Positions 61,721 through 64,000 of a stretch of 64,000 bases of DNA are shown in pieces. The position numbers and the translations under genes are program-made. Source of the stretch: Haliotis rufescens. Lineage: Eukaryota. The stretch spans positions 49,476,001 to 49,540,000 of the forward strand of contig NW_025964223.1 in the NCBI RefSeq assembly GCF_023055435.1. The letters run 5' to 3'. The notes under the pieces were generated by a model. It was not told the origin of the DNA and did no database searches. It saw nothing but the letters and a program-made list of their open reading frames with translations. Within the stretch, counting starts at the first letter, position 1, and each line of letters opens with the position of its first letter.

Positions 61721-62945
61721 TTTTTGCTGTGCGATTCCCACTTTTTTTCTTTTTCGACCATAAGGTGCACTTGCCTCATTCACATCTGATGTAATCATAC
61801 ACTTTTATTTCCTTGTAAATGGCCCCACTCATGCATGTCTGCTCAAAGACATAGCTGCCAGCCATGTATTCTTACATACCTTTACAGAAAGGAATTTTCC
61901 ACTATACATGTGATCATATTCAGTTGTCAGTTCACCCAACTCGTCAACTATTCTGAAGGCATGTACGTCCTTTTCGCCACATAAAGGTGTTTGCGTGCAC
62001 CGATAATTGACTATTTTACTTACTTTCTTACTTTCAAAGCATGAATATATAATATATACATGTAAAATTATAATGTTGTTCGTGTTAAGTCTCGGCTCAC
62101 ATCTCTTTGCCTACACAGATAAGAAAAGGAGAAAGAGTTAGATCGTACAGAGCGCCTGTCAATAGGAGTTCACTGGCTTGCTGCTGGAAAATGTATTTTG
62201 AAAGCTGTGAGCAAGCTGATCACTGTTGACACGCTTTAAAAATATGAAAGAAAAACGACGCGACTGTGTGATAAACCAGCTATTTTATGTTCCCCGTTCT
62301 AGCTGATCGCTGGCAAACGTACTTTAGACTTATTAGAAAGTATTTCCATACATTTCTCTCGCCATACAACAGGTAGATGTGACATGTTGCAGGTAGGGGG
62401 CTAGGCGAAACGCACACGACCAAGGGCGCACAACTCTTGGCGCTCTATTTGAAAAGTCGTGCACAGGCGAGGCGTGTGTCGGTAAAACACCCCGTGGATG
62501 TCTGGCCTTTATCGCCGTTTTACACCTTTGAACACAACGTGCATGTGCAGCTACACACATAGGAAGTCTGCACTCAGGATATTATATATATCAACGACAC
62601 TAATCGCCTCACTTTCCAACATACACCCATTTGGGGGGTTAATAAACAAGCATAACAACAGTCATTAGTGTGAAGACACAGTACCCCACCCCCCCATCCC
62701 CCCACACACACACAATAAAATCCCTGACATACCTTTATCAACATCACCTATGTGTGTTATGTGCGTGGTGGGTGTTGCTGCCACGTTATCTCTGTTATCA
62801 CGAGAACCTGCACTTTATTACTGCTAATATACATATTTATTGTTTTGTTATCAGTGTTTTCAAGTTTTCTTTTGGGGTATTTGGATGGCCCTGAAAAGGG
62901 CCTTTGGACCACAGAAATGTGGAGCGAAGGCGTGACAATGAGAGC

Positions 62946-63509
62946 TTAAGCCTTCTTTGGCTTGACTGCCTTCTTCTTGGGGGTCTTGACCTTCTTGGGT
63001 TTGGCTGCTGCCTTCTTGGGTGTCTTCGCCTTCTTGGGCTTGGCTGCAGCCTTCACCTTCTTTGGTGACTTAGCGGCCTTCTTAGCGGCTGTTTTGGGTT
63101 TCTTGGCAGCAGCTGGCTTCTTGACTTTCTTGGGGGATTTGGCAGCCTTCTTTGGTTTGGCAGCTGCCTTAGCCTTCTTGGGTTTTTCGTCTTTCTTTGC
63201 CTCGCCAAGACGGAATGATCCAGCGGCTCCAGTTCCCTTTGATTGCTTCAATGCGCCGTTCTTGACTCCATTTTTCAAAGCAGTCTTGATGCGAGCATTG
63301 ATGGCCACCTGGTTGTCACCAACCTTGTAGTTGGCCAAGATGTATTTCAGAACAGCCTGTCGGGAAGAACCACCCCTCTCCTTCAGGGTTGAAATAGCTT
63401 TCTTGATCATCTCCAAATAGGTAGGATGTGCGGCAGCCTTCTTAGGCTTGGCAGTAGCCTTCTTCTTGGGAGTCTTGACAACAGCGGGGGCAGCAGCAGC
63501 ATCAGCCAT
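62946..63509 (-). CDS. H1: Histone H1
   Basis: 187-aa ORF. Confidence 0.98.
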   Translation of the reverse strand: MADAAAAPAVVKTPKKKATAKPKKAAAHPTYLEMIKKAISTLKERGGSSRQAVLKYILANYKVGDNQVAINARIKTALKNGVKNGALKQSKGTGAAGSFRLGEAKKDEKPKKAKAAAKPKKAAKSPKKVKKPAAAKKPKTAAKKAAKSPKKVKAAAKPKKAKTPKKAAAKPKKVKTPKKKAVKPKKA

Positions 63510-64000
63510 AGTGGTAAGTTTGAGTGGTAAAAATTCACGTCAGCTACGAGAGAAGCACAGAGAGCGAATGACACTTCCCCACAGACAGCCCGGCTGATAC
63601 TCCGGAGGCGCGGACGTCGGAGGAGACACCCTGCTTGTTGTGGCTGATAGCTGCACGCTTACAAGCGCGTGTGCTTTTTCGTGTATTTGTATCCGAATAA
63701 TCACTTCTTAATCAAGGAAAGTTTCAATTTCAACAATACAGTTAGGTAGTAAAAACATTTGGCTACATTTCGGTTACAATAGCAACGCTCACGGGTGAAG
63801 TTCAAAGCCACACGTGCTGTTTCCAATGAAGCGACCCAGTCTAAAATGTAGACATCGCTACTTTCAAAAGCACATTTTTAGCCTTGAGACTCAAGTTTAT
63901 GCATTTTAAACGTTGCCTGTCAATTCTCAATATATCTAACTATGAAAGTAAAACACAACACTCATCAGTATTGCCTATGATAAGCTAGAACAAGCTTTCA

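Larger units (their letters stand above)
784..64000. repeat. Tandem array of ~3.0-kb histone H1 + 5S rRNA units (3006-3010 bp where uninterrupted)
   Basis: H1 CDS low coordinates recur at 41899, 44905, 47915, 50921, 53928, 56934, 59940 and 62946 with near-identical spacers. Similarity to the unit begins at ~784 (tgtgcgattccc, the sequence that follows the 5S terminator). Confidence 0.99.

Overview
Eukaryotic DNA; the 5S and H1 sequences look lophotrochozoan, probably molluscan (inference). From ~784 to the end the window is a tandem array of a ~3.0-kb two-gene unit: one linker histone H1 gene (minus strand, 187 aa, histone stem-loop plus two AATAAA) and one divergently oriented 5S rRNA gene (plus strand). 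No core histone genes are present. I count 12 H1 copies and 11 5S copies. The left 40 kb is interrupted by five non-LTR retrotransposons, while 39.5-64 kb is an uninterrupted, homogeneous array. Four insertions belong to one RNase H-bearing I-group-like LINE family with three diverged subtypes and tetranucleotide tails. All four sit within about 55 bp upstream of a gene start, at four different target sequences: two before 5S (about -10 and -45/-55) and two in the H1 5' UTR (-4 and -29 from the ATG). This suggests position-directed rather than sequence-directed targeting. The two 5S-associated elements share an identical frameshift between RT and RNase H, a candidate programmed -1 frameshift. 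The fifth element is an unrelated APE-RT LINE flanked by a 167-bp duplication. Six consecutive 5S genes carry a G86T change in box C/helix IV.
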